Source: Blastocladiella emersonii ATCC 22665
Taxonomy: Eukaryota > Fungi > Blastocladiomycota
Length of the DNA stretch: 64,000 nt
Assembly: GCA_025594325.1 (NCBI GenBank)
Contig: JANHCV010000004.1
Location: forward strand, 2,356,001-2,420,000
Reading direction: 5' to 3'
Part shown: one piece after another, positions 1 through 11,884 of the stretch
Position numbering within the stretch: position 1 is the stretch's first letter
Layout of the letters: the number at the start of each line of letters is the position of its first letter
Notes under the pieces: model-generated
What the model was told of the DNA's origin: nothing
What the model saw: only the letters and a program-made list of their open reading frames with translations
Database searches by the model: none
Made by a program: the position numbers and the translations under genes

Positions 1-99
1 CCACTTGACTGCTGCGAGTCTTCTACCTTGAGCGTGTGTCGCTGAGCGCCAGTGATCGACTAAGCGTCTTCGTGATGCAGCCGTTCGTCGTCGACCATC

Positions 100-840
100 G
101 TGTCTGCGAGTTTGAAGGTCACGAACCGGTTCTTGTGCCTGGGTTCGACGCGGGGGCAAGCTTAACAGAATGGCAGTAGGCTCGCGTCCGTGGCCATGGT
201 CATGGTCATGGTCGCAGCTGGCCATGAACAACGCAGTCTCGCTCCCACCTCGCATCCTCAACAGACGCAACTGCGCTCCGTCCCGCTCTCAAACTGGACG
301 TTGTACACTACTACAGCTGATGAGGACCATGCGATGCCTGATCCCGTTAAGTGGCGACAATATTCGTCAGCACTCGCTGGTCGCGACTCTTCCGGTCGTG
401 GTCGACATGCGCAGTCCCGAGTTGATTAGCGCGAACCGGTTCTTGTGCCACAGTTCGACGCGGCGGCAAGCTGAGGAAAGGCAGGCTACGGTGGTCGAGG
501 GACCCTGGTCCGCGACCAAGATCGCTGCTGGCCACGGCCATGAACAGCGCGCTCTTCGCCCAACTCGCGCCCTTGACACCTGCCCTTCCTTCCACTCAAA
601 AGAAGCATGCGCTCACTGCTCTGATCTCAAACTGGACGGTGCACGTTAAAGCTCAAGAGGACCGTGCGATGGCGGTCAAGGGACTCGATATCCGTGGCCA
701 TGGTCGCCGCCGTGGCCACGAGCAGCGCGTTGACGCTCTCGACTCGCGTCGTCCGGGACAACTCTTCCACTGAGCGAACGAGGCGGTCACCGTTGTCGTG
801 ATCAACTGGACCGTTCACGTCACAGCTTTTCAAGCCCATG
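100..840. repeat. Decayed tandem repeat, about 310-340 bp period (2 full units plus 1 partial)
   Basis: GAACCGGTTCTTGTGCC at 123 and 433. CTCAAACTGGACG at 288 and 626, with related TCAACTGGACCG at 802. GGCCATGAACA/GGCCACGAGCA blocks also recur. Confidence 0.65.
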
Positions 841-979
841 AGCTTCCCTGATATCTTGAGCGCAGTTGTCGCGGGTGCTCACTAGTCGCGTTGAACGCAC
901 CACCGTGCGGGCGGTCTCCATCCTTTTCTGTTCAGGTTTGCACTTCAGCTCGAGAGTACAGAAACGCGTGCTTGAGCAC

Positions 980-1790
980 GAGACTGTGCGCTGGACGCCC
1001 GGTGGAAATGCTGGGACGCGAGGATTCGCACGACTGCTGACCATCCGTCGTTGAAGGCCAAGTCGCGATCATGACCTGTCGCGTCTAGTTGAAGGTGCTT
1101 CATGTCGTCCCACGCCTCGTTTTCCCTCGACAAGCGCTAAGCACACAAGCACGTCACGAAACGCGTCGGGGCGGCGAGATCAGGCGTTCGATCACCTCAC
1201 ACTCGATGTGCTTGGCGATGGTCAGATGCGGTCAGCGCAGCGCACTCAACCGCCCCGCCCACTGCGAACCTCGCAAGTTTCTGAACCACTAAATGACTGC
1301 TTGTCGTGTCGTAAGCAGCGCGTTCACGCTCCCAACTTATGTCCTCAAGGACTAGCCTTGCACTAGCGACGGGAACCGTGATGCTCGTCAGTCGCGGCAA
1401 GCCATCCGAGATGCGTGTGATCTTCCCACTTCTTGGGCCATAATACAGTGTAGCGAGAGCGTGCAGGGCTGCGTGTCTAAGTGTGAGACTGTGTTCTGGT
1501 CGCCCGGATGTAACCATGGAACTTGAGGACTCAAAGGACCGGTGGATCTCTGTACAGGTGAACGAAGCCACGACCCTCACCTGTCGCGGAGCACTGACGA
1601 CGCGTCATGCCGCATCGTGCGTCGGATCCCCTCGAAGAGCATGCCCTCCACGCGAACAACGTCAGGAAACGCGCCGGGGTTGCGAGATCACACGTCCGAT
1701 TACGTCACGCGCGACACGACGCGTTTGACCATGGTCGGACGCGCTCTGCACGGTGCACTTGGTCGCCCCGCTCACCGCAGACATGCTCGG
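980..1790. repeat. Decayed direct repeat pair, about 505-508 bp offset
   Basis: GAGACTGTG..CTGG.CGCCCGG at 980 and 1485. GAAACGCG.CGGGG..GCGAGATCA at 1158 and 1666, with similarity continuing about 120 bp to CGCCCCGC.CAC.GC. Confidence 0.65.
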
Positions 1791-2920
1791 CCTCCGCTGA
1801 CTTCTTCCTGAGCGGATCAAGCCGGCCGGCGACGCGCTCGCAACCCGCCGCCACAATGTTCTTGCGCTTGAACGCACGAGCTCGCCCTTCCGCGCCGACG
1901 TCGCGGCGGCCATCCCATTCTTCGTCGCGAGGGGAGCGAGCACCCTTCCTCCCCTGCCCTTCGCGCGCGGGACGGGTCCTCTGCAGCCCTAGCGCTCGGC
2001 ACGCGAGCCGAACGCGTAGCTAATCGCGGGATGGCGTTCGGGCCGCGGCGTCGCCACACGTCGCGGCCGCCGCCGCCGCGATCCGCTCGCTTACACTCGC
2101 TCCGGGACGAGATCGACGCGAGGGTTGGGGTTGGCGACGGCGGCGGTGGCGCAAGAGCAACGCGGCCGTCGCCACAGCCGCGCGCGTGGGCCCACGCAAG
2201 CTGTGGAGGAAGAAGTCGCGGGAGCAGCGAGTCGCGTCAGCTTCGGGTCGCTTGGCAAGCACGGCGGGATTGGTGGCGGTGGTGGCGTCGTGGCGGCGCG
2301 CGCTCCCCGATCGGGTGGGCAGGGAGAACGGCACAGCGCGCAGAAGCGTGCGTGGAAGCTTCGAAAGGGTTTCCGCGGCGAAATGGGCAGGGCCGAGGTC
2401 AGGGACCCGGCAGCTGGTGCCGAAGCAAGCACAGAATGGGTCGATCTCCGCCGTGCCGGTCCGGTTGGTGACAAATGTCGCGCGCAGGGAGTGGGCCAAC
2501 GCTGCCGACCACGTCGAATTCGGAGCCGATGGTCGCCGAGCCCCGCCGAAGCGTAGCGCACGCGCCCGAAACCAGTCAGACGGCTTGCTGCAGCCGTGCG
2601 GTTCGGACCGCGCGCATCGGATCGGGGGCGGCGGTGCTGCGCCGCACCGCAAGCCCTTCGGCGCGCACACGCGCGGAGCAGCCTGATCGCCACGCTCGCC
2701 ATCGCCTTTTGGTCGGCCGCGGCCGCCCCGATGGCCAGCGCCCTCACGCACTCCAACCCGCCCGCGCCACCATTTTCTGAGCCGGGCTTGTCCCTTGTCA
2801 TCATCTCACCCACGTGTGGGGGGAGACGATCGTGTTGTTGCAACGGGACGGCTTCCGTGGCCAGTCAGTCGGTCACCGCGGCCACCGTCCATGCACCGCG
2901 GCCGCCCGCCCTCCCGCCGC

Positions 2921-2928
2921 TATATAAG
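2921..2928 (+). promoter_or_regulatory. TATA box of the fasciclin gene
   Basis: TATATAAG stands out in a GC-rich context, about 90 nt upstream of the ATG at 3015 (CAACATG context). Confidence 0.6.
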
Positions 2929-3014
2929 GGGCCCGCGTCCCCCCTCTCCCAGCAAGAAGACAGCACGCAGTCATCTCCCGTCCGCCTCAACGCAACACTT
3001 AACGCATCAACAAC

Positions 3015-4109
3015 ATGGTTGCCAAGCTCCTCCCCCTCCTCGCCCTCTTCTTCATGGCCGTCACCGCCCAGAAGGCCGACAACACCATCTCGGCCAATGT
3101 TGTTGCCCTGTCGGGTGACGCGGCTGGCGCGTCCAAGGAGTACCGTTTCAACACGCTCGTTGCCCTCGCGACCCAGGCCAAGCTCGTCGATGCCCTGAAC
3201 ACTCCCAACATCACTCTCTTTGCCCCGACGGACGCGGCGTTCAAGGCCCTCGCTGCCGAGGCTGTGCCTACCGATCCCCAGGTTGTCGGCGACGTCCTAA
3301 CTCATCACGTCGTCGCTGGTGCCTACCCGGCCGACGCGCTCAAGGCGTACCAGGTCGTCAACACCCTGCTCAACCGCAAGGGCTCGCCCTTCGTCCAGTT
3401 CGCCGACGACAAGACGGCGCAGGCCATTGCCATCACCAAGGGCGACAAGGGCGTCTCGGTCTCGTACGGCCTCGGCGCCGTCAAGGTCATCGACTCGATC
3501 CCGTCGTCGAACGGCATCATCCACGTCGTCGACGCCGTCATCATGCCCCCCAAGAAGGTGTCGGAGACGGCCGTTGCAGCCAAGCTTACCAAGCTCGTCG
3601 AAGCCCTGGCCAAGGTGAAGCTCGTGGAAACGGTCAACGGTCTCAAGGGCGCCACCATCTTCGCCCCCACGGACGCGGCCTTCGAGAAGGTCAAGGACGT
3701 CGTCGCCAAGCTTACCGACGACCAGCTCAAGGCCGTGCTCACGTACCACGTCGTGCCCGCCGTCGCCTACTCGCCCGGCCTCCCCGCCTCGCTCGACGCC
3801 CCGACGCTCTCGGGCTCGGACAAGATCGCCGTCAAGTCGGCCGGCGGCAAGGTCACCGCCAACAAGGCCAACGTGGCCGTCGCCGACGTGTTCACCAACA
3901 ACGGTGTCGTGCACGTCATCGACGAGGTCCTGATCCCCGCCTCGCTCTCGGGCGGCGCCTCGTCGTCGTCGGGCTCGTCGACCTCGACCGCCGGCGCCAA
4001 GCCCGCGGCCACGGCCACGGCCACCGGCACCCCCATCTCGGGCGCGTCCATGAACGCTGCTGGTGCCTCGGCTGCGCTCGTCGCCGCCGCTGCTGCGCTC
4101 TTCGCCTAA
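3015..4109 (+). CDS. Secreted, probably GPI-anchored fasciclin (2 x FAS1 domain) protein
   Basis: Signal peptide MVAKLLPLLALFFMAVTA. Two FAS1 units, each with H1 'T(L/I)FAPTDAAF', 'VLT(H/Y)HVV' and H2 'NG(I/V)(I/V)HV(V/I)D'. Ser/Thr/Ala-rich stalk and hydrophobic C-terminus. Single exon. Confidence 0.92.
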   Translation: MVAKLLPLLALFFMAVTAQKADNTISANVVALSGDAAGASKEYRFNTLVALATQAKLVDALNTPNITLFAPTDAAFKALAAEAVPTDPQVVGDVLTHHVVAGAYPADALKAYQVVNTLLNRKGSPFVQFADDKTAQAIAITKGDKGVSVSYGLGAVKVIDSIPSSNGIIHVVDAVIMPPKKVSETAVAAKLTKLVEALAKVKLVETVNGLKGATIFAPTDAAFEKVKDVVAKLTDDQLKAVLTYHVVPAVAYSPGLPASLDAPTLSGSDKIAVKSAGGKVTANKANVAVADVFTNNGVVHVIDEVLIPASLSGGASSSSGSSTSTAGAKPAATATATGTPISGASMNAAGASAALVAAAAALFA

Positions 4110-4389
4110 GCGCACGCGACCCTCCTCGCCCATCTTCCTCTAACCCCCCGGCCAGCGACGTTTTTGTATATTAGTCGGCCGCGGGTCTCTCCATTACCTA
4201 CCTTCACTTGCAACGATACAATGTGTGATTTCTCCTCCATCTCTGCTTGCCTGCTTGCTTCCGTGAAAGTGTTGGCGACCGTGATCTGGTCCGCGACACG
4301 CTCCCACCGACCATGGCTTCTCCTCCACCCTCCTGCACCACGAAGCTGAATGAAAGCACTCCCTGCAACCTAGACCGATCGACAGGACC

Positions 4390-7230
4390 ATGACGACCAG
4401 CTCGCTCGAGCACGAAGTGCAGCTTGGGCTGGCCGAGTTCGCCGCGCTGCGCTTCGACGGGCACCCGCGCAGCTTCCCCGCGGTGCTCGACCTCGTGCGC
4501 CGGTGTCCGTACCCGCCCGTGATCCACCACGTCTTTGACCGCGTGTTCGCCGTGTTCCTGCACGTCGACGTCCACGTCACGGGCGATGCGTCGTCAGCCA
4601 AGCTCCGCTTCGCGCTGGTCGAGCTCGTCGCACAGCTCGCGGGCTACCTGCCGCGCATCGACGGCGCCGACCCGCTCGTCTTCGCCCGCCACCTCATCGC
4701 CGCCTTCGAGCAGCAGAACTCGGAGACGTGGATCCTCGCGTTCCGGTACGCTCGCGTGCTACGACTGTGTCCGCCGCCCACTAATCCGCGTGCCGCGCCG
4801 CGGAACGTAGCATGATCCAGGCAACCCTGCCGCTTACGGGCACCTGCGCGCTGCTGTACCACCACATCACGCTGGGCTTCTTCCAGACCGACGCCATCGC
4901 GACCGCCGCCGTGGCTCTCGCCAAGGTCCTGGTCCGCGAGACGGCCGCGTTCCCCGAGTACTTTTTGCCGTGGGCGCTCGGCCACCTGCGCGAGCTCTCT
5001 CTGCCGCGCCAGCGCGACGTGCTCGTGATCCTCGGCCTCGCCACTCGCCCGTTCGCGCTCGTCCAGCGGATCAAGGCCGCGTGCCGCGGATGGATCGACG
5101 AGCTCGAGCGCGCCACCGAGGCCGGGACGCTCGATGCCGCGGCGACCGCGGTTTCGGGTAACGCCGACACGGTCCCGTCCGTCCTCGCTGACCCGCGCCA
5201 GCGCGCGCGCCTGCTGCGGTACGTCCAGGCGACGCTGCTGCAGGCGGTATCGCGGTCGCCGCTGCTCAACGCCGCCGACTGGGCCGACGTCTCGGCCGCG
5301 CTGACAGGTGGACCCACCTCGTCGCCGCTCGTCACGTACCAGGGCCTGCAGGTCCTGTCCCGCGTGCCCGACCACCAGCTCTTCTCGCCGCCGGCCGCCA
5401 CGCTGCTGCAGGTCCTCGGGACCGACGCCTCGTGGACGCGGCACACGCACCCGCGCGTCCGCGCCGCCGCGCGCGGCCTGCTCGCGCGCCTCCTGCGCAG
5501 TCCGCGCGCAGGGGTTCCTCCCGCAAGTCTCGCGTGGGACGTGGTCGCCGCGGAACCCATGTCGCTTGAGACGTGCACCGTCCTGGGCACGGCGCTCGCG
5601 GTGGGGCGGCCCGAGATCGACCCGGGGGCCGTGTTCGGGTGGTCCCTCAACCAGCTCGCCATGCACATGTCAGCGGCGTCGGCGGTAGCAGCGGGCGACG
5701 CGGCACGCGTGGCCGCGCTCGTCCGCACCATGTGCGCGGCCGTCCACCGTGTCCCCGCCCTCGCGCTCCCCGCGTACGCCTTCTTCTACGACCACGTGCG
5801 CCCCGACAAGCAGGTGCGCGGGCACGCGCGCGTCGCGCTGGCGCGCGGGCTCGCGTCCGTGTGCCCGCTGCTCCCCGCGCCCGACACCCCGGGGGCGCCG
5901 GCGCAGGTCGATCTCGCCAACGCCGTAGCCGCGCTCCGCGAGCAGCCCGCCGCCGACCCGGCGTCGCTCCCCGTGCAGCGCGTGATCCTGCGCGGGCTCG
6001 CGCCGCACGCGGCCGTCGCGGTCCCACTGCACGTGCTCGCGCCCGCGCCGTGGGCCGCGTACACGCTCGCGTGCGACCTGCTCGTGCACCCCGCAGCGGC
6101 GGCGCCCTGGAAGGCCGGCGCGCACGCGACGCTCGCGCACCTCGCGCGGCTTATCCCGCACGAACGGCTCGCGGCGTGGGTCGCGCACCTCGCGAGTCTC
6201 GCGCACACGCAGGCCGCGGCGCTTGCAGGGGAGGAGCTGGCTGGCGGGTCGAAGGCCGTTGTTGACGCGACTAACTCGACGGCGCTCCTCGCCGACGCGC
6301 TCCCGCTCCCGTCGTTCCACCGGTTCGTCGCCCACGCCGACGCCGAGCTCGCGCGGCATCTTCGGGTTGCTGCGTGCGCCAAGGCCGACCCGCGCGCGGC
6401 CAGCAGGATGGCAGCTGCGCTCGCGGAACTCGCGGCCCAGTACCGGCACCTCGGCGCGGCGTACCAGGACGCCGACGATAAGTCGCGCCGCGTTCTCGGC
6501 GACCGCGCGACGGCGGTTGACCGCATGCGCAAGTGGATCACGGTCAAGGGCGAACTGGGCGATGGCGACGTGCTCGCGGAAACGCGCAAGGTGCTCGGCG
6601 TCGCGCCGCCGCGGTACCTCGTGCGCCGGCGCGAGTGGGATCTCGACGTACGTTTCTCTTGTCTCTCAGACTGGGTGTATGCTCACGTCAAGCGTGTAGG
6701 TCATCGCCGTCCCGTCGGCCACCGCGTCCAACCCCGTCGTCGTCGCGACGCGGCTCGACCTCGACTCGGACGCGCCCGACTTGCTCGACGCCGTCGTGTT
6801 CCAGCTGTACGGCCAGATCGCGCAGGAGGCGCAGACCCGTCGACCGCTCCCGCCCTTCTCGCGCGGCCAAGTGATCGTCGTCGCCACCACGACGCCCGCG
6901 CTCGACACGTCGCTGGGCCGCGACGTCGCGAAACGGCAACGGCTCGCGGACCTCGCGTCGACCGACTCCGCCGTTGTCCGCGACGCCCTGCGCGCCCTGC
7001 GCGGCGTCTGGAGCACGGTGCTCCCCGTCGACGTGCACCAGCACGCGTTCTCGCGCGCCGTCGGCGTGCCCCGCGCTGCGCTCGCGGCGGCGGCGGCCGG
7101 GCGGAAGGCCGTCGCCGTGTACGTCACGCTCGCGGTCCGGCTCAAAATGCCCGGCGTTGGCGGTGGGTGGTGGGAGACGGGGAAGCGCGTGCCGCTCGTG
7201 ATTCATGTCCGGCCGCCAGCGTCGGCGTGA
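4390..7230 (+). CDS. INTS7: Integrator complex subunit 7-like ARM/HEAT-repeat protein (3 exons: 4390-4745, 4811-6647, 6700-7230)
   Basis: Introns 4746-4810 and 6648-6699 (GTACG...TAG) join three ORFs in frame. N-terminal PYPPVIHHVFDRVFAVF..KLRFALV..ILAFRMI..YHHI and C-terminal WETGKRVPLVI resemble remembered human INTS7 segments (PFPILINSAFLKLADVF..FLRLCVL..ITLRML..HHSI; WKTGPRTTIFV). Confidence 0.62.
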
Positions 7231-7530
7231 ACGAGAGATTGCATAAATGTGTAACAGAAGGTTCAAGGGTCGTCGCGTTGGAGGTTTACTCGGTGGTCCC
7301 TGACGTTGAGAGCTGGAAGATCGTTGTGGCGCGGGATGGCCGAGATGATCGACACGAACGAGCGTGCCGCCGGGCCGCGGTATGGCCTTGGTTGCCGCGG
7401 TTTGACTTTAAAAAAGCTATTGTCGGTTTGTAAGACGAGAAATGAGATCAGCGGGACCATCGCGCTCGAGGACTCGTGAGCGCGCTCGGCCGGGTCGCTG
7501 CCCAGGTCGGCCGCCCAGGGAGGCCGCTGT

Positions 7531-7908
7531 TTGCTGCGCCCATCCATCCCAATTTGCAGCTCGACGTGGTCCATCTCGTTCAACCGCTGGGACCGCCTGC
7601 GCGTGATCGGCGCGCGGCCCGAGATGGCTGCCGTCGTCCGGTCCGCGATCGACGCGTACTGGCGTCGCGGCGTGGCCAAGGTGTCCGACTACTGCGGCGC
7701 CGTTGAGTTCAAGCTCAACGGGAACCCGTGGATCTCGAGCGACACTAACGACGCCATGTTGAGCCGCCTGATGGTCGCCATGATCCTCGCCAAGCTGCGC
7801 AACCACGGGTACTCGGTGTACACGTCCGTTGACATCTCGCGGGCTACGTCCGACGACCATGGCGAGACCGACTCGTGGATCATCGTCAAGGGCCTGGATG
7901 GGATGTGA
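7531..7908 (+). CDS. Small uncharacterised protein with one 'EFKLNGNPW...GYSVYTSVDIS' domain (5' end uncertain; possible intron near 7476-7559)
   Basis: Strong coding codon bias from about 7560 to 7908. The motif pattern (DRLRVIG, FKLxGNPW, LRNHGYSVYTSVD) resembles a repeat unit I recall from uncharacterised fungal and animal proteins. Confidence 0.55.
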   Translation: MLRPSIPICSSTWSISFNRWDRLRVIGARPEMAAVVRSAIDAYWRRGVAKVSDYCGAVEFKLNGNPWISSDTNDAMLSRLMVAMILAKLRNHGYSVYTSVDISRATSDDHGETDSWIIVKGLDGM

Positions 7909-8622
7909 GTGTTACTCGACGGGTCATAGAGGGTATAAACGCGTTAGAACGGGTCACTCACCCCCTTGAACCGGTTCCCAGGAGCAAGCATCGCGTCAAC
8001 AAACGGTTGTCCGTGGTCGCCATGACTGCCTCGCTTTCACCAACGTTCGCTCGTCACCTCACCTGAGAGATGAGTCCATGTCCTTGTGTTGCGGATCCGA
8101 CTTCCATGTTGGTGAGTAGCGATCGGACCGCAGCGCGGCTACCGCTGTTGCGATCGGACCGCGGCGCGTCCACCGATGGGTTCCATGAGAGTTACGCAGT
8201 GGCATCGACGACGTGGAATCGGGTGGTCCTTGAGGTTGGGAGCTGGGCGTGATGGCCGGCATGATCGACGCGGACAAGCGGAGCGCCGAGCTGCGGTAAG
8301 GAGTTGGTCCCGTGGCCGCCTCGCGAAGCGCCCAATCCCATGCTCGTATACATGCTTAGACAACTAATTGAACGTCAACTGACACGTGGACCTCCCACAA
8401 CTGACCTCGATTTGCGCCCGTTTCCCGAGCGCGAAGGAAACGTGGCGGTGGCTGGGGCGGTCACGCGCTCGGTCACGCGCGGATGAACGACGCGTCCTCC
8501 CAGTGCCGACCATCGGCACACTCAGCGCGGGATCGAAGTGGAGAACTGAAAAAGGGATTGAGAGTGTTTGCGAAGACGAACTGGTATGTATAATCGAAAA
8601 AAGACTACGACAAAACCGCCCG

Positions 8623-11600
8623 CTACGCGGCCCGTTTCGGGTAATCGTAGCAGTATTCGAGCAGCGTCTTGACGCTCTCGACTGCCTTGTGACAGGTAGC
8701 GGGCATCTCCTGGTCGCAGGGAATGTGCATGAGCGTCGCAATCTGCACGTCGAGCATCGGGATCGGGTTCCTCAGCGGAATCACATTGAACGACCACCGT
8801 GCAATGGCCGCCGCATCGACGGGGTAGTTTTGGTAAGACAGCCCGAGCCCGGGCGTGGACAGCGACATGGCGGGAACTCTATGCACGGCGGCCACGATCT
8901 GGGCGACGCCGCCGCCGAGACTGTGGCCGGCCAAGACCACGGTGCGGTTCCGCGCGACCAGTTCGGCCACGGCCGTTGACACGGGCGCAAAGTCCAAGAG
9001 ACCCGTGTACGCGACGTGGTCCGTGATGAACTTGACAAACCACGCCGCCAGCTTGCGCGGCCATAGCTGCGTCATGCTGCCGACCGAGGCCGACATCTTG
9101 ATGAGCGAGGGGGTGGTCCAGACATACGCGACGTGCATCCAGTCGCTTGCCGCCGTCCCGCGCACGGCCACAACGGACACGTCAGGCGCCGCGTCAAACC
9201 GGTACTCGTAGTACTGGACGCTGCTGCCGACCTTGCGGATGCCGCGCGAGCCTGCGACCGCCAGACTCGAGTTGTGAACGCGCACGCCAGCGTCGCGCAG
9301 GACCGGGTTCGCGCGCGCCAGCGCCGCCACGTCCGCGTTGCCGGTGCCGTACGTCGCGGCCGCGAGTGTCGACATGGACAGCGGCGTCAGGAGCCCCGTC
9401 GCATTGGCGGGGACGCGGCCGAACTGCACGCTACACGCTGGAATCGCGGACGCGCGCAGCGGCGCAGCCGTAGGAGGGAACAGCGTGGCCATTGTCGCTG
9501 GGTCGGCGGTGGTCCTGACGCCCGCGTCGCGGAAGAAGGCGACGGCGGCGCCGAGAACCAGGGACGCAAGGACGGCGCCGGCCCCAAAAAGCATGGCCGT
9601 CGCGCTGTTGACGGCAAGTCGACGGTTGCTGCCGCCTGCTCGCGTTGACGGGATCGACCAGTAGGCCCGAGCATCGCGCAAGTCGAACGACAGATACGTA
9701 AGAAGTAAGATGCACGTCGACGCGTAGCCCTTGAGCTCCAGCATGATAAAGGAAGCTAGACGGTCCTGTGCGTGTGAGCGGAATGGTCGGAGGTGATGTG
9801 ATTCGGTGAACGAAACGAAGTACCATATACACCGACCTTGGCCAAGTATGCAGCGGCGAGCACGATGGCTAGCATGCGCGACCGAACGATACCGGGCAAC
9901 ACGAAGGCGGCCTCGGCGCCAATGTACACGACGAGGTACGCGATGAGTAGAAGCCAGTACGTGCGAGACAACACACGGATGCTGCCGCCCTGCGGGTCGG
10001 CACCAAGCTGCTCGAGGACCGCAAACCGCGAGCCCGCGTCGAGGTCAACGGGCGATTGGTCAAGCATGGCAAGCGAGACGAGGCCAATAGTCACCACCAC
10101 GGACCGCGTACAGAAGATGGACAGCGGCGCGTGACGCTGACCAAGATCCTTGGTGGGCTGGCAAAAGCATTGCCAGAATTGGCGCTTGACCATGCCTTTC
10201 AGGCGGGCTAAGAGCAGCAGTCCCACGGCGACAACAACCGCAACGATCAGCTCGGCATCCTTCTACACGAACAACGGTGATGGTTAAGGGACAACTTGCG
10301 GCCGACGATGTGCAGCGCGCCGTACCCACTTGGTCACGAAGCCGCCAATCACGAACAAGAAAAGAAGCGTGACAAGCGCCTGGTCAACGAGATGGTCAAA
10401 GGAGCTCTCCTTGGACTCCTGGCCGGCGGACGCCACGTACATGGCGAGGCGCTGGTTATCCTCGATGCCAGCGTCGAGAGCTTTCATGAAGCGAACGACG
10501 CGATGGACGCGGTTAAGCGCGTTGACAAGAATGATGAAAATCATCGACCCTATGCGCGCGTGTGCGATGTTAGAGAAAGCGAGGACGCGAGTCGCAGGAG
10601 AGAGGCGTACCAATCACTGTGGCGAAAGCAACGACCGACACCACCGCCTCGTACCCAAACAGGTACGCGAGCACCCCGAGCGGGATCGCCGTTGTCACGA
10701 CCAGCGCGAGCGCAATGAGCCCGCTGCGGACCTGCATCTCCCGCTTGGCCCGCTCGGCGGCCTTGGCGTCTTTGGCGGCAGCTGCCGCCCGGGCCAGAGC
10801 TAGTCGCACCGCCATCGCGTCAACCACCACCAACGGACTCTCAGCGTCCTCGGTGGAGCTGGCCGGCGGCATGGCCGGCGCGGAGCTGTCGCTGTTGGTT
10901 TGGTCCCTATGACGCATGTACGCGTCGACGATTTTCTGGACGACGTCATCAAGCAAACAACTTGCGACGCGCGCGGGGACCCAGAAGACGGAGCCGCGGA
11001 GCGACGCGAGCAGCGGTCCGTACTGCGAGTCCTCGTACGCGCGGTGCGACGACCAGACCCAGATGATCATGCGCACGGCGGTACGGACGATGGAGCGGCT
11101 GAAGGCCATGAACACGAAGGCATAGACGGCGAGACCAAGCAGCTTGAAGATGACGCCGTTCTCGGCCTTGAACGCCGGGTACGTCACTGCAACGGCGACA
11201 GCGAATGCGACAGCCGCAAACATGACCGTGCCGGCGTACAGCACGTATGTGAAGTACAGGTGCAGCGCGCGCCGCCACAGCGACGTCCGGTGAAACCGAG
11301 CGTCCGCGCTGGGACCGACGAAGCCGTGTAGCCCGAACGTACGTGGCGCGTAGTTGGCGGAAGCAGAGTCGGTCGCGGCCCCAGCCGCGTGCTCTGGGCG
11401 GGCGTCGTCGTGAAAGCTCCCCGGCCGAGCTAGGGGGGAGTCGCCCCCGTTGCGGTAGCCGGCCGGCTGGGCAGACATGCGCGTCGTCGAGGAGACAGAA
11501 GCAGGATCGGCCGCGGCCGCGGTGGCGGCGACGTGTGTCGGGCGGGCGCCGCCGTCAAGGCTCCCCGGCTGAGCAAGCGGCGGCGCGTCGCCGATCGGCT

Positions 11601-11790
11601 GGATGGAAGTATACATGTGATTCATGAGTTCATACTTTCGCGCAAAGAGGGGCGAAGGTCGACGGGCGCCGTTCGTTGCGGCAGGCACGCCGATCAACGC
11701 GCTCCGCGCCGCACACACCAGGGGGGCGACAACGGCCATCCGCGTGCCATAAGGTCGAGCGGCTGCCACTCCTTTCAACGCGTCCCCCAC
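8623..11790 (-). CDS. Multi-transmembrane protein with C-terminal class-3 lipase (alpha/beta hydrolase) domain, paralog A; spliced, start uncertain
   Basis: Consecutive minus-strand ORF segments (10570-11790, 10284-10613, 9756-10226, 8623-9744) linked by GT-AG introns. Many hydrophobic helices, 'VRGT' and nucleophile elbow GHSLGGG. Clear homology to the 49371-52793 gene. Confidence 0.75.
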
Positions 11791-11884
11791 GCGTCTCGCT
11801 CGCGCGCGGCGGTCAGCTTGCCCTCCCGTCGACAGCTCCTTCCGCTTCCCTCATCGTGCATGAACGATTCCCACTCTATGCAAT

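Noticed and set aside
1800-2900. Many overlapping ORFs in a very GC-rich stretch upstream of the fasciclin gene
   Set aside because: No consistent codon bias or recognisable motifs. Probably promoter or intergenic DNA.
6648-7433. Tail of the 873-aa ORF 4812-7433
   Set aside because: Read-through of intron 6648-6699. The protein-like frame after splicing is the one ending at 7230.
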